From Paraspadella gotoi (lineage: Eukaryota > Animalia > Chaetognatha), in NCBI GenBank assembly GCA_051294375.1, contig CM119264.1:7697301-7761300 (forward strand): a stretch of DNA of 64,000 nt, given 5' to 3'. Positions 13,451-42,707 of the stretch are shown here, piece after piece. The notes under the pieces were generated by a model, which had not been told where the DNA came from, ran no database searches, and was given only the letters and a program-made list of their open reading frames with translations. Both the position numbers and the translations under genes were made by a program. Position 1 is the first letter of the stretch, and each line of letters starts with the position of its first letter.

Positions 13451-14447
13451 CGCCCAAGATCAGGTTAAATTGGATTAGCCTCGAGTGTAAATCTGATGCC
13501 ATGGCTTTTCCGGTGCCACTCTCGCTCTCAGGTGGCGGCTGGTGGCGCTTCTCGTTAGGAAAGGCGTTTCCGACGAGATCGCATCATCTCTTTAGAACTC
13601 TAACGCTCAACTCGAAATTGGAGCCCAGGGATTTTTGGCGGGAACGTCAAACTGCCCTGGAATCACTCTCTCAAAGCACGAGGGCAATTCCGTGAAAAAC
13701 CTGAGCGTATTTAGGTGACGGTGAGAGAGGTCTATGGGATTACTGGGAGGTGCGTTGGGAGGTGCAAAAATGCAGGTGCAAATTAAAAACAACGAGGTTC
13801 AGCTGCTTTTTTTTTCGGCTCCAATGAATAATCTTTCCGACGGCGGAGAAACAATGAAGATCGAATGGAATTCATCCTTTCGACGAACTGATAAATATAT
13901 AGACTTTTGGCGCATCGATGACGCACGCAGTGACGACACGAAGAAGCACTTTTCGCTCGTCGTATGAAAACCGACTCCTACGCGTTTCTCGTATCGCGTT
14001 CGTCGTCGTCGTCGTCGCTCACCGACGTCATTTTTTTGGCCGAGGAACGAAAGGCTGATTGAGAGGCGTGGGTGCAGTCCTTTAGCCGAAGCAATTCGCC
14101 CGTTAGCGAGAGACGCAGCTGCCGACTTCAAAGGCGACTTACCCGAATTCTAGAGGCGCCGGCTGGGGCAAGGCAAGGCAATTCGCCCTTTAGTTTGAAT
14201 TATGGCGACTTTAAATAAGAGGCAAAGCTCGATCTTTGCAATTTGCAAATCATGTGCGTTGAGGCTCATTCATCGAATCAATCAATCCAAAAATATAAAT
14301 CCGAGCTTGCTATCTTATTTAACTAATTCCAGATCTTTTAAACATAAAAGTAAATATTACGTTATGGCAAAGGGGGACATGTGTGATTCCCTGCGTGTAA
14401 AAATGCAAAATTTACTGAATCAATTTTTTTTTAAACTTTTTTTTCAG

Positions 14448-14720
14448 CTTCTACTCATCTGAACTCGCGTGCACACGTCACCCGCCCCTCAGTCCATTGC
14501 GCCCTTCGAGGCGACGTCAACGTATCGACAGAAGGTAACGCCGCCGAAGGTCGCGCCACCTCGCCGGCGGCATTTACAACAACAACAAAAACGACAACGA
14601 CGAAAATTAATAACAGATGGGAAAAGCCAATTACCAAAACTTTAAAAATTGGCGCAAAATTTTCGATATGGGAATATTTATTCTTCGGGATCGTCGTTAT
14701 CGCCATCGCTCTACCTTCGG
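14448..14720 (+). CDS. LRP4: Putative LRP4 exon carrying the hydrophobic signal/anchor segment (...KFSIWEYLFFGIVVIAIALPS)
   Basis: T-rich CAG acceptor, GTAAGG donor, 273 nt, phase 1-1, open frame. Joining it to 48393 gives LFFGIVVIAIALPSVYS-MT, a plausible signal-peptidase site. The exon has no in-frame ATG. Confidence 0.65.
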
Positions 14721-14733
14721 GTAAGGAAAAGAT

Positions 14734-14821
<88 letters not shown>

Positions 14822-15916
14822 GAGAGAGAGATAAAAATGAGGGGGGCGCTACGAAGATTAAGCGGAAGGCCTTGAGACTCGGCGATAATCGCGATAATTT
14901 CACCGCGAGAAGCGATTTTACAGTTTTTCGTTCACCATTCACGTATCACACACTTTTCTCACGTTTTGCTATCTGTATAATCTATTTATCTTTTAAATTA
15001 ACTTATCCTACAGATAAACGGTTATCTTTTCTTTACGTAAGTAATTATGTTTATGTTATGTTTATGTTTAAGGTAATTTTCTCAATTCTTACAAGTAAAA
15101 ACACTTTTAAAATTATTGATTATTGATAATTCATTATTACTTGGTGTATTTTGGCAAACATTATTCGACACAAAAAACTTTTACAAGGACCCTTACACAC
15201 ACAACGACAAAGCCGGTAAAAAAAAACAAACAAACAAAGATGGAAACCAGATGGCGAAAAAAACTTTCACACGATTCGGATGCTAAACAAAAGGGAAATT
15301 TGCATGTTTTAAAAACGGCGCTAATGGCCGATAACTAATAGCCAAGTTTCCCCATTTCGTGAGCCTTTTTTTTTTTCCCTGGCGGCCTTTGTGGAAGAGA
15401 AAGGCCGTTCGAGTTATGGCCGTTTTTTTGTTCTTTACGTCTTCCACCGCGCGCGTTCATTTTAAACTCACGCCTCCAGTCGCCTCCTCTTGATCCAGAA
15501 AACAAAAAAAAAACAAACAAGTCCTTCCTTCCAGCGAAAAGTCGGTTAGAGTTATTTTTGGAAGACAAGTCGAGACCGAAGGCTGAAGTATCTCAGTGAT
15601 GGTTTCCTTCGCTGCTGGTCGCTGCTGGTCCCTGACTCAAGTGGTTCGTTTTGATGACGTGAGAGTCCTTGTTTTTTTGTTTTTTTTAAGTGTGTTTTGC
15701 TAACTTTTTTGGCGGTCGCCATGTTCCGCATCTAATGCTGTCTGATTCAATCTCAGTATTTAACTTGTGAACGGTCATGACGAAGAAGTTTTTGCGTAAC
15801 GCGGAAGTTGGCGTGAAAATCGCTTTGAAAAAAAAGCAAAACAATATCTAACCTTTAGCATACGAACGTTCCAATTTTGGTCATAAATTGTGGCCTCCAA
15901 CGGAATATTTTAGCCG

Positions 15917-16049
15917 ATGGCTCCTTCGTCACCGACGTTCTCTTCCGCCGAAGATGGACGTGAGAGAACAAACAGCAACGCGGCGGCAAACTTTGACTCC
16001 GGGGGCGAAATTTCACCATCAGGCAGAATCGCGACCATCGATCACCTTG
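15917..16049 (+). CDS. Candidate alternative first coding exon (MAPSSPTFSSAEDGRERTNSNAAANFDSGGEISPSGRIATIDHL)
   Basis: gccgATGG start context, open frame, phase-1 GTAAGG donor at 16050, and ETS/E2F/CHR-like words at ~15800-15830. Confidence 0.3.
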
Positions 16050-16674
16050 GTAAGGAGGCGTGAGGTCCTCGATCCCATGGGGTCTTTGTTTGTTTAGTTC
16101 CGTTTGGGGACATGACCGAGAATTGGGGGGAGGGAGATGATAAGAAAGGGAGACCGGAGAGACCGGGGAGACCGGAAACTTTTTGAAATGGGAAGGGCGC
16201 AACTGCATTGCTGCACATAATAATTTCTTTTGTTGCCTTAGAAACCGATACCAATGTTTTCCTTAAAAAAGATTCCCGTCGAAACCATTTTTTTTTTTGG
16301 TCGCCATAGGGACCATTGCCGGGTTTTTTTTCGTCCATGAAATCGTTGACGCCTTCGCAGTTGCTATTGCTAGACCCTCAACGTTTAAAAGAAAAATTCG
16401 GGAAGAAGTTGAGATTGATGTCCTTTGACGAAGACCGAAGATGCTCTTTTGATTTCAGTTCCCGAGACCGGATGATGTATTTTGACTTAAACAATCAATC
16501 GATCAATTTTTTTTTTAAATCAATAAAACTAATCTGCTAGTAGTTTTTTTTTAAATTAATGAGATAATAAATGATAGACAGGACATTCGAGATCTAGGCA
16601 AGAAAAATGTGTTGTAGAAAAAAAAAAGAAACAAAGTTGCCAAACGTTTTTCTGGCAGCGATTCCAAATTAGAT

Positions 16675-16725
<51 letters not shown>

Positions 16726-16872
16726 CTATCTAACTATCTATCTATCTATCTATCTATCTGTCTCTCTCTCACAATGTAGGCCAAAGCCCGTTTTCTTAAT
16801 ACAATTCAACAATTCAATTCTCTCTATCTCTCTCTATCTCTCTCTACATATATATAGATATGTATCTATCTA

Positions 16873-16923
<51 letters not shown>

Positions 16924-19900
16924 TCGATGCCAATGAAAATTGGAAAACCTTTTCTTCTTATTAGCGGTGTGGGCGACCGCAGCAGTCCTCAGCGGCTACA
17001 GCAGCGACTACCGCAGCGGCAGCCTCGTCGTGGGCGGAGTATTGAATGAGGAAAGAATAAAATAAATTTAATTAATCCGACTGACCTCATGAGGAATAAA
17101 TTCTAGAAAGACGTGATTTTTAAAAAAGAATTTTTAACAAAATTCAACGTTAGTGATACAAAGATCAAAAGATATTAATAAAATAAAAAGCGAATATTAA
17201 ATCTCGAAATGAAACTGGTGTAGCAAATTGTTTACACTGGTCTCTCTATCATCGCAGGAATCATGATATTTTGAAGATATAAAAGTTGATCTTTATAATT
17301 TGGAAGCTGTCACTCCCTTTGGGTCACTTGTAAAATGCTTCTTTGCTTTTAAATTTTGATTTTTCCATTTTTTTCCCTCCTTATCTTTTCATTTCGTGTC
17401 GAGGGGTTTTCATCCCAAATTCAATTTTATTTAGATTGAAGTAGGATTGTAAGAAATAATGCAACAAAAAGGATGGAACAATTTATGTTTTCATATTATT
17501 CAAATTTATAACGACAAATTTTAAATTTTTTTGTTGACTTCGTCTGGAAATTCGTAAAAACATTTTTAAAATGTCGAGCAAAGAGATAATAGAGTAAATT
17601 AAACGCAAAGTAAATTAAACGCAACTATTTAAATCTTTTTTATCGTTTTTATCTTTCTAAAAGTTTTTCTTTAAGTTTAAGGATTATGTAAAAGATTGAC
17701 AGAAGTATTTTATCGTTCCAAGATTTTCTTGGATATTATGATGATTTTTTTCTTCCATCGATTCCCGATATCACTTGAGAAGATTCTCGTCGTCGTCGTT
17801 GTCGTCGTTTTCGTCGTTGTCGTCCTTAGACTAGTATTACATACAGAAGAAAAATTTATCAAGTGAGTAAAAAAAAATATCGGACGAGAATGTTTTGACA
17901 GTCGAGCGAGGCTAAGTCGTTGGTCTTTTAATTTTTATATAAATTATAGTATATCTATACAACGATAATGGGCCTACCGTGACTAAAATTCCCAAACCAG
18001 CCTTTTCTTGATATTGGATTCTTCGAAAAGTCTTTTTCCGGATTTTATGAACGACGGTCTTCTCACCGCCTTCCTTTTTTCACAGCTGTCATTTTTTCAC
18101 TGGCGCCCTTTTCTCACTCCTGCTCTTTTCTCACTTTTGATTATCTCTAACGTCTTCTCTCTTCTCACTCTCGTCTTTTCTCACTTCTGCTCACTAATTT
18201 TTTTTCACTTTTTATCTTCGCCCAAGAAAAACTCCTGCCAGCCGTTTTTTTTACCACTCCTTTCCCAACACGCCATATTTCCTTTTTTCGCTGCAAAATC
18301 TCTCCCCAAGAAAATGTTGTTCCACCGAGATTTTTTTTTTTTTTGTAAGTCTCTCCGACACCCGTGTACGTCTATCCCTCGCTCAGCCTAAATCTGTTCG
18401 TCAGAGGAAATGAGCTTCAGAACAGACGAGTTTCTTTTCCGGTTTTGATATATCTACGTTTTTAAGTTGATTTATTATCATTTCTTATCATTCCTTTTGA
18501 GTTTTTTCATTAAGTAACAAATCCTTTTCTAACTTTTGCTACCATTTTGGTCCTGTTACTATTTTTTCTATTTTGTTTTTGAGAAGGAAAAATGCATTTT
18601 CTTCTTGTTCAAAGTCTTAGATTTAATGTTTCCTTTTTATTTTGTCCATTGGAAAATATAAGTTTCCGATATTTCCGTCCCAAAGCAGATGCGTCCAATT
18701 TTCCAGATCGTAACGAATCTATTAAACCCACAAGAATATTCGCCACTATGTTGCTAGCGACAAGCTACTATTCGGTATGGGAAGGAAAAGAGGAGGGAGA
18801 GAAAAACTCGAGGAAAAAGGAACGAATGAGAAAAAAAAAGAAAGGAACGCAGTAAAGGAGGAAAGAATTACACAAAGAGAAAAAGATAAAAAAATATAAA
18901 AGGTAGACTTAAGCCTTTTCAATATTCTTAGCTTCACCTTCTATTTCTAAAAGGAAGACTCTACTGAGGGATAAAGATAAGAAAAAATGGAGTGTCAAGG
19001 ACATCCCAAGGTCAAAAGCGCAGATCCCCGCTCACTTTGGCAAAGTACTTAGGATTACGTAAAATATCAAATGCACGGTAAAATAAAAATTTTCAGATAT
19101 CTCTGATAAAAATTTAAAATGTAAGTCGGTTGAAATGTTTTACAAAAAACAGGAGAGAGGAATTAACCAAAGTAAACAAAGTCGTCACCAAAAGAGAATT
19201 CAACTTGGAACCAAAACAAGAGTTAAACTTTGGTTGATTAGCGAATCGGCGCCGAGAAAAAAAGTGGAACAATTTGGGTCTAAAAGGACGTGGCTTCGAC
19301 GTTGTGTGGCGTGACCAAAATCTAGTCGGCGTAGCGCAATATCTTGTGACGGGGAAACTTTGAGCGAGGAAAACTTTGCCGAAATTATAAATGGGAGCCG
19401 AAGATACAAAAAAATTAAGTCGAGTTTTTATTAAACGAGTCAAGATTGGCTTGCTGTTCATTTGTCACGGCCTGACACGTTTCGTTCGAGTGTCACGCTA
19501 ATCAAGGCGCGAAACGTCGACCATGACGAGTTCCCCCGGGTGACGCTCAGTCACGCCGCTTCCTCGGGCGTCAATGGGTTCTCCGACGTCGTCGTCGTTG
19601 ACTTTTTAATTAAACCTTGTTGATACCAGTGCGATTGGTTCGGTTGCAATCGATTTCGTCACCAACTGATTTTGATTGCATCTGTTAATTTATACATTGA
19701 AGCCAATGGATATATCCACTGATGCTGTGGCACGTTTGATGCCACCCAAATATTTCCAGCAATGCCGCGGTTCCATCCCGATCGGACAAATGCCAATGGA
19801 GAATTTCGTCTTGAAGCCCATGACGAATCGACGAACGACGATGCTATTTTTGTTTGCGTCCAACTAGAACCGTGATGTTTTTCTCTTTTGAGTGGACTTG

Positions 19901-20169
19901 TTTGAGTCAATGAGGAATAAATGCTCCTTCCTTACGATGTAGTGCACACGACGATTAATAAATGAATAGGTACAAATTGTTAATTTTTTCCTTTTCTACT
20001 TTGAAATCTAAGATACTATGTTTAAATTAACATTTTTTCACTTCTTTATGAATTTCCTTCCTCATTAAATTATCGGTCCAAAATGATCAAATTAACATTT
20101 TTTGTAGTTTTGTGTATTAGATACTGTAATAGATACTAGATAGATAGATAGATAGATAGATAGATATGT

Positions 20170-20362
20170 GGATAAGGCGCTAAGTGGGCTGAAGATGACT
20201 ATCCGTAACTTCTATAACCCCCTTTAGTAGCTATGGAACGGGTCCTGGGCTTGGAACCAGGCTTGAGCTGGTCATGAGCTGATGGCTTTACTCAATTAGC
20301 CACTGGGTCAGGACTGAAGGTGTCATGCTTATAGGCGGGGTGAACCTAGGCAATGCCCGACT
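20170..20362 (-). mobile_element. Retroelement/SINE-like fragment sharing its 3' part with the element at 9768-9936, embedded in (GATA)n
   Basis: The reverse complement of 20170-20266 matches 9853-9935. Both sides are flanked by (TAGA)n and the repeated word tagatactgtaatagatact. Confidence 0.55.
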
Positions 20363-20387
20363 ACAGATAGATAGATAGATAGATAGG

Positions 20388-20418
<31 letters not shown>

Positions 20419-20485
20419 ATAAAAAATATGGATAATAGATACTGTAATAGATACTGTAATCCTGTAATTTTATGTATTAGATAGG

Positions 20486-34885
<14,400 letters not shown>

Positions 34886-34977
34886 GAGAGAGAGAGAGAG
34901 AGAGGAGAGAGAGAATCTTTGGCAGTCTCGTTCAGTGACGAACGTGAGACGACGTTTCTTGCCGGGGTCGAGAAGGT

Positions 34978-35002
34978 NNNNNNNNNNNNNNNNNNNNNNN
35001 NN
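34978..35002. other. Assembly gap of exactly 25 N with duplicated flanks
   Basis: 25 n bases; 34830-34977 is repeated at 35005-35150. Confidence 0.97.
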
Positions 35003-35022
35003 TCGCGCAGAGAGATGAGGAG

Positions 35023-35091
<69 letters not shown>

Positions 35092-35150
35092 ATCTTTGGG
35101 AGTCTCGTTCAGTGACGACGTGAGACGACGTTTTTGCCGGGGTCGAGAAG

Positions 35151-38100
35151 GGGGGGGCGGAGACTGTACTGAAGGGAGGAAGGGATTGTCGTCGCGGGTC
35201 CAGTTAATTAAAGAAATGTACGGAGGGGAAATAATCAGGGTCGAACATTTCTTTAGAATTATAATAAAAAAACCTTCTTATTGACACAGGTCAAATTTTT
35301 TTTTGAAGACTTGTCTTGCTGAAAGACGCCTAAGAAAATATAATTTATACTTCTATACTTAATTTTTTGTCTTTTTTTAAACTTTTTTATTAAATAAAAC
35401 CAATATACTTTTGTTTTATTTGATTGAAATATTCTTTTTTTGTTACTACTTATATTTTTTTTTTTTTTTTTTTTTTTTATTTTACTCTTTTTGAAGACAT
35501 CTTCCTCGTTTCTTGTCTTGAGAGAAAATCAGATCTTACATCTTCGTGCGCGCACCAACTCTGACGTGCGAAGACCTTCCACGTGCGATAATACTCGGAC
35601 CGGACGACAGAATTCTGCACAACGGTAAAACGCACTCACCGACTTCGGCCTCTGACCGTCACCTTTTTCAGCACTTCCGCCCCCCATTTCTCTTAACTCG
35701 GGGGATCACTCGCTCTCTCTCCTTTTTCCTGCTGCTGATCTCTCTTTGATAACGAGTTTTCAGAGAGGAAAAAAAAAAGAGAAGAATTCGTTTGCTTTCT
35801 ATCTTTTCCCAGTTTTTTCTGTCTTATCTCCAACTTTTCATTTTTCGTTTTTTTCGCAATTTCATTTTGATTTAAAAAAAAAATTATAGCAAAAAGTACA
35901 CTAAAAAACAAAAGAAAAAAGAAAAAAAAGAAAGAAGAAGAAAGAAAGAAAGAAAAGAAAAAGAAAGAAAAAGAAAGAAAGAAAACAAACGAATTGAATT
36001 AAATATAAGATATGAAACTAAGAATATACTGACCCGATTCTCCTTCTTCGAGGCAGAGAAAATATTATTCAGTTTCTACTGTTTTTTCGCCCTCTGAATC
36101 TTGGAAGAAAGAAAATGCAAATTGGTGACCGACGTATGAGTTATGAATATCGCCCATTACAAACACCTCGCCCTGGTGAGAGGAGAGTTTGGGTATTCGG
36201 GACAGAGAGGGGATTATGTTGAAAATAAAAAAAAAGAAAAGAAAGAAAGGAAGAAAAAAAGAGAAGAAAGGAAAAACCAGAAAGCAGAGGGAAAGAAAAT
36301 TGAAAAAGAAAAAAAGAAAGAAAAAAGAAAGAAGGGAAGAGAAAAAAAAGAAGGAAGCGAGAGAAAAGAGAAAAACCAGGACGAGGGAAAAACATTGAAA
36401 AAAAAAAACAAAAGATCCAGAACGTGAAAACAAAAACTCTATTTTCGTAGTCAGAGCGCGACCCGTCGGCGAAAGTGGTCGGTGCTCAAACAGACCGTTG
36501 CCAAGGCGACGACGACCGCACGCCGCGACGACGCACGCACGACGACGACGCAGATGACGTCAAACGGCATCAGTCAGGGTACAACTCGCTCCCGTTCATT
36601 AACCCTTTTTTTTTAATTTGATTTGGCACGAGAATTTTAACAAAATTCTTTGAATAGTTACTCTGGGGAAAATTGCGGCTTCTTATTTTTCTCTCCTTTA
36701 CTATGCGCACAACAGAGATTGCGTTTTCACGGTCGTCGAAATTAAAACATCTGCAATAATTAACATAATAAACATTTTGTAATACTTAGAGAAAAAAAAC
36801 TATTTCAATCTTGATCTTTGAATGTCTCGTGTGGCCTAAACTTTCATAGATCCGACATTTTTAAGTCAACGAAAATGCCTTGAGTGTTTTGGTTTTCTTC
36901 CTTAACGGTTCGAAAAAAAAATCGAGTCCGGACTACCCTAACAAATAAATAATACAAAATCCACGTCTCCAGAGACACATTAACATGACATACTTGCCAC
37001 GTGTCTTCTATTGCCGAGTTTCACTTTCCTGAGAGCAGAAAGATATTCATTCCGTCGATCAAAAAACGTGAGTGCGCATAGTATAGCTAGGGTGAGTGTG
37101 ATGAAAAGATTGAGTGACTTGAACATTATTTTTTTCGCTGCCCATGACGACACTATAATTAATGAATTTTACAATCACATTTTAAAATGTTTTTCTGGTA
37201 CACTATGCATAACAGTATATAGCAGATTTCAATTTATTTATGTAGTCAATATTCCTTATAAAATCATCAAATCAAAATAAATTTTTATTATTTTTAAGAA
37301 CTGATTTTGAGATTTCGCCTGTAAAAAACATAAGAACTTTTATAAAAATGTTAATTGATATTTTTAATGTTTAGATCACAACAAAATAGACTAAAAACTT
37401 CTTTACAAATATATATAGTTTCTACTACAGAGAATAAAAAATTTTCACCCTTTTTCCTATTTTAAACAATTTGCAAGCACTGACCCAGAAATTTTTGATT
37501 AACATGTTTTTATATTTTGATTCAACTTTTATGGAAGGAATCTGAATCTTTAATTAAAAGTTTCTATAAAAATTATTTTTAAAATTTACTATTTTTATAG
37601 GATAATTACTACAAATATATATATTTTACTATCTCCCTCTTTTTCCCGAAACCCACTAAATAATATGAACAAAATTATTTTGCTAGTACTATTAATTTCA
37701 TACTATCTCACATCTAATAAATCATCATTGTTCGATCATTCAAACTAAATTTTTGTTTCTTTGGATGCCTCCACTCTATTGCGCAGTCTTGAATCACCGA
37801 TGTAATATTAACGAGTCCGGTGCGAAATAAATGCAAGTAATTCCGAATGCTAATGATATCAGGATGAGGAAGAGTGCTCGTGCAATAAGAGAACATACAC
37901 ACTAATGAACATTTTTAAAAAAACCGACGGCCGTCGTTATAAGGGTTCAATGAAACTCGCCGGCCATCATACATTTCCATTTTTCCGCCAAACATCAATT
38001 TCAACATCACGAGATGACCCTATTCCTATCACTCTATCAATATCAGACGACCGTACGACACGACGGCACATTACCGAGTACCACAGTCCACTTACTCCTT

Positions 38101-39718
38101 CGCCACCGATTATTTCGATTGCATTAGGTTTCGCATAGAAAATTAAACGGAAAAACAATTTTTTTTTTTCTTCCTTTATTTTTTCATTTTCTTTTCACTC
38201 TTGTTTCCTCGTTTTCCGTTTCCGGAAAGGCAGAGAGGCGTAGGAAGCAACCCTCTATTCGTTTCATTGCGAAGTCGAATTGACGTCGAATCTTTTTGTT
38301 TTAGCGCAATATTGACGCGATTTTTAATCCCTCAACCCTTGACGTTTACAATTATGACATCGAGATCGGAAACAGACTGACAACAGATAAACGCGAATGA
38401 AAAAAAAAAACAAGAGCTTACTGACTTAAAATGAGCTTAAACAGCACAGAAGATATAGAGTCCGGCTGACATTCTAAACCAAAGTTGAACGCACTTAGAC
38501 CATTTCAAGATCGCGACATGCGGCTAAAAAAAACCCAAAACCTAATCAGCTTATTCGACGACGCCCAACTTCTAGCCAACGTCCAATCCACAACTTTTTC
38601 ACAAAATCCAAAATCTTACCTCGAGCATTCAAACACAGCGAAGCCCGGCAGGGCGAGAGAAGAAATATTCCAATAAAGACAGAAATACGATTGCGATGCA
38701 AATCTAATAAAAGAAGCGATAACGTCAAGTCTGTATCAACCTTCATCCTATTTAAAATTGAGGGAGGAGCTTTAGTAGAAAGGGTTTTCACATTATATTA
38801 ACTGTATTGATTAATATAAAACAAAGCTATTTAGCGCGCGTAACAGTTGCTCTGATGCAGTCGGCGTGGGTGGTGATGGAACCTAGGTTTAAGTTAAGAA
38901 TTTTTTCCGATAGGATTAATTTGATTAATCAAACTTGTAAAATCAAAATTAAAAAGGAGACATGCCAAGGGGGGGGCGGAGATGTACTGAAGGGAGGAAG
39001 GGATTGTCGTCGCGGGTCCAGTTAATGTAAAGAAATGTACGGAGGGGAAATAATCAGGGTCGAACATTTCTTTAGAATTATAATAAAAAACTTCTTCTTA
39101 TTAACACAGGTCAATTTTTTTTGAAGACTTGTCTTGCTGAAAGACGCCTAAGAAAATATAATTTATACTTCTATACTTAATTTTTTTTTCTTTTTAAACT
39201 TTTTTATTAAATAAACCAATATACTTTTGTTTTATTTGATTGAAATATTCTTTTTTTGTTACTACTTATATTTTCTTTTTTTTTTTTTTTTTTTTTTTTA
39301 CTCTTTTTGAAACATCTTCCTCGTTTCTTGTCTTGAGAGAAAATCAGATCTTACATCTTCGTGCGCGCACCAACTCTGACGTGCGAAGACCTTCCACGTG
39401 CGATAATCTCGGGCGCACGAATTCGACACGTAAAACGCTCACGACTTGGCCTCTGACGTCACCTTTTTAGCTTCCGCCCCCCATTTTCTTCACTCGGGGG
39501 ATCCACTCGCTCTCTCTCTCTTTCTCTGTGTCTGTCTCTCTTTGATAACGAGTTTTCAGAGGGAAAAAAAAGAGAGAATTCGTTTGCTTTCTATCTTTTC
39601 CAGTTTTTTCTGTCTTATCTCCAACTTTTCATTTTCGTTTTTCTTGGCAATTTCATTTGATTTAAAAAAAAATTATAGCAAAAAGTACACTAAAAAACAA
39701 AGAAAAAAGAAAGAAAAA

Positions 39719-39766
<48 letters not shown>

Positions 39767-40207
39767 AAACAAACGAATTGAATTAAATAAAGATATGAAA
39801 GCTAAGAATATACTGACCCGATTCTCCTTCTTCGAGGCAGAGAAAATATTATTCAGTTTTCTACTGTTTTTCGCCTCTGAATCTTGGAAGAAAGAAAATG
39901 CAAATTGGTGACCGAGTTATGAGTTCTGAATATCGCCCATTACGAACCCTCGCCTGGTGAGAGAAGAGTTTGGGTATTCGCGACAGAGAGGGAGATTTGT
40001 TGAAAAATAAAAAAAAGAAAAGAAAGAAAGGAAGAAAAAAGAGAGAAGGAAAAACCAGAAAGAGAGGGAAAAGAAATTTAAAAAGAAAAAAAAAAAGATT
40101 CCAGAAACCGTGAAAACCAAAACTCTAGTTTCGTAGTCAGAGCGCGACCCGTCGGCGAAAGTGGTCGGTCGTCAAACAGACCGTTGCCAAGGCGACGACG
40201 ACCACGC

Positions 40208-40240
<33 letters not shown>

Positions 40241-42430
40241 AGATGACGTCAACGGCATCAGTCAGGGTACAACTCGCTCCCGTTTAACCCTTTTTTTTTA
40301 TTTGATTTGGACGAAATTTACAAAAATTTTTGAATGTTACTCTGGGGAAATTGGGCTTTTATTTTTCTCTTTATATGCCACAAAACGAGATTGCGTTTCA
40401 GGTCGTCGAAATGAATAATTTAAAATACATAAACATTTTGTAATACTTAGAGAAAAAAAAATATTCAATTTGATCTTTGATCGTGTGGCTAAACTTTCAT
40501 AATCGACATTTTTAGTCAACGAAAATGCTGAGGTTTTGGTTTTCTCCTTTAACGGTTCGAAAAAAAAAATCGAGTCCGGACTACCCTAACAAATAAATAT
40601 ACAAAATCCCGTCTCCAGAACACATTACATGACATACTTGCCACGTTGTCTCTTTGCCGAGTTTCACTTTTCCGAGAGCAGAAAGATATTCATTCCGTCG
40701 ATCAAAAACGTGAGTTGCGCAGTATAGTAGGGTGGAGTGATGAAAAGATTGAGTGATTGAACATTATTTTTTTGCTGCCTATGGACATATAATTAATGAA
40801 TTTTAAATCCTTTTAAAATTTTTTTTAGCATAAGCAAGTATAGCAATTCAATTTATTTATGTAGTAAATCCCTTATAAAATCATCAAATTTCAAAATAAT
40901 TTTTATTTATTTTTAAGAACTGATTTTGATTCGCTGTAAAAAACTAAGAACTTTTATAAAATATGTTATATGATATTTTATGTTTAGATCAAAAAAATAG
41001 ACTAAAACGTTTTAAAATATATAAGTTCTACTACAGAGAATAAAAAATTTTCACCTTTTTTCCTATTTTAAACATTGAAGATGACAGAATTTTGATAACA
41101 TGTTTTATATTTTTGATTCAACTTTTATGAAGAATCTGAATTTTAATAAAAGTTTTATAAAAATTATTTTTTAAAATTTACTATTTTATAAGGATATTAC
41201 TACAAATATATTATATTTACTATTCTTTCCCAGACATAATATGAACAAAATATTTTTTGTACTAGTTAATTCATACTATCTCACATCTAAATATCATTGT
41301 TCGATCATATAAATTTTTTTGTTCTTGAGTGCTCCACTCTATTGCGCAGTCTTGAATCCCGGATGTAATTAACGAGTCGGTGCGAAATAAATGCAAAGTA
41401 ATTCCGAATGTAATGAATCAGTTGAGTTGAGGGGGGAAGGTGCTCGTGCAAAAGGAAATAACACTAATGAAATTTTTAAAAAACCGAGGCCGTCGTTAAG
41501 GGTTCAATGAACTCGCGCCATCAACATTTCCATTTTCGCCAAAATCAATTTCACATCACGAGATCGACCCTATCTATCTCTATCAATATCAGACGACGTT
41601 ACGACACGACCGGCAATTACCGAGTACCACAGTCCACTACTCCTTCGCACGATTATTCGATGGCATTAGGTTTGGCATAGAAATTAACGGAAAAATTTTT
41701 TTTTTTCTTCCTTTTTTTTCAATTTTCTTTTCACTCTTGTTTCCTCGTTTCCGTTCGGAAAGGCAGAGAGGCGTAGGAAGCAACGCCTCTTTCGGTTTCA
41801 TTGCGAAGTCGAATTGACGTCGAATCTTTTGTTTAGGATTTTGACGCGATTTTAATCCTCAACCGACGTTTAATTATGACATCGAGACGGAAACAGACTG
41901 ACATACAGATAAACGGATGAAAAAAAAAAAGCTTACTGACTTAAAATGGCTAACAGCACAGAAGATATAGAGTCCGGCTGACATTCTAACCAAAGTCTGA
42001 ACGCACTTAGACATTTCAAGATCGCGACATGCGGCTAAAAAAAAAACCAAAACCTAATCAGCTTTATTTCGACGGACGCCCCAACTTCTACCAAGTCCAA
42101 TCACAACTTTATTCACAAAACTCCAAAATCTTCCTCGAGGATCAAACAGCGAAAGCGGCAGGGCGAGAGAAAATCCAATAAGAGAAAACGATGCGATGCA
42201 AATCTAATAAAAGAAGGATAACGTCAGTCTTTAACTTCATCCTATTTTAAATTGAGGAGTTTTAGTAGAAAGGGGTTTTTCATATATAAACTGTATGATT
42301 ATATAAAACAAAGCTTTTAGTAACGTTGCTCTGATGCAGTCGGGTGGGTGGTGATGGTAGGTTAAGTTAAGAATTTTTTCCGATAGAATAATTTGATTAA
42401 ATCAAAATTTGTAAAATCAAAATTAAAGGG
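35151..42430. repeat. Tandem duplication, ~3.5-3.8 kb unit (35151-38958 and 38969-42430); probable assembly artefact
   Basis: Both copies start ggggggcggaga..gtactgaagggaggaagggattgtcg, are colinear, and differ mainly by indels. Confidence 0.93.
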
Positions 42431-42707
42431 AATGATTATTAAAATCGGTTTAACAGTTTTTTCAGTACATATGTTAACCGTAAAATTCCTGATGTGAAAT
42501 GGAAAAAGTAAAATAAGGGAACCAATAATAAACAAAAGAAAACAATAACAATTCTATGGTCAATGTTCAAGTGAGTGAGGTGAAACCTGACCCGAGGTCA
42601 GGTGGTCGAATAATGGGCAGTGAACTTGATCTTCGTCGTCGGTGTTGTGGTCGTTTGTTGTTGTTGTTGTTGTTGCCATCGTCACTCGAGCTGAAACATT
42701 CTTTGGA

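Noticed and set aside
20179-20215. CTGAAGA as a hammerhead core (also CTGACGA at ~48882 and ~55806)
   Set aside because: No stem II followed by GAAA and a cleavage triplet.
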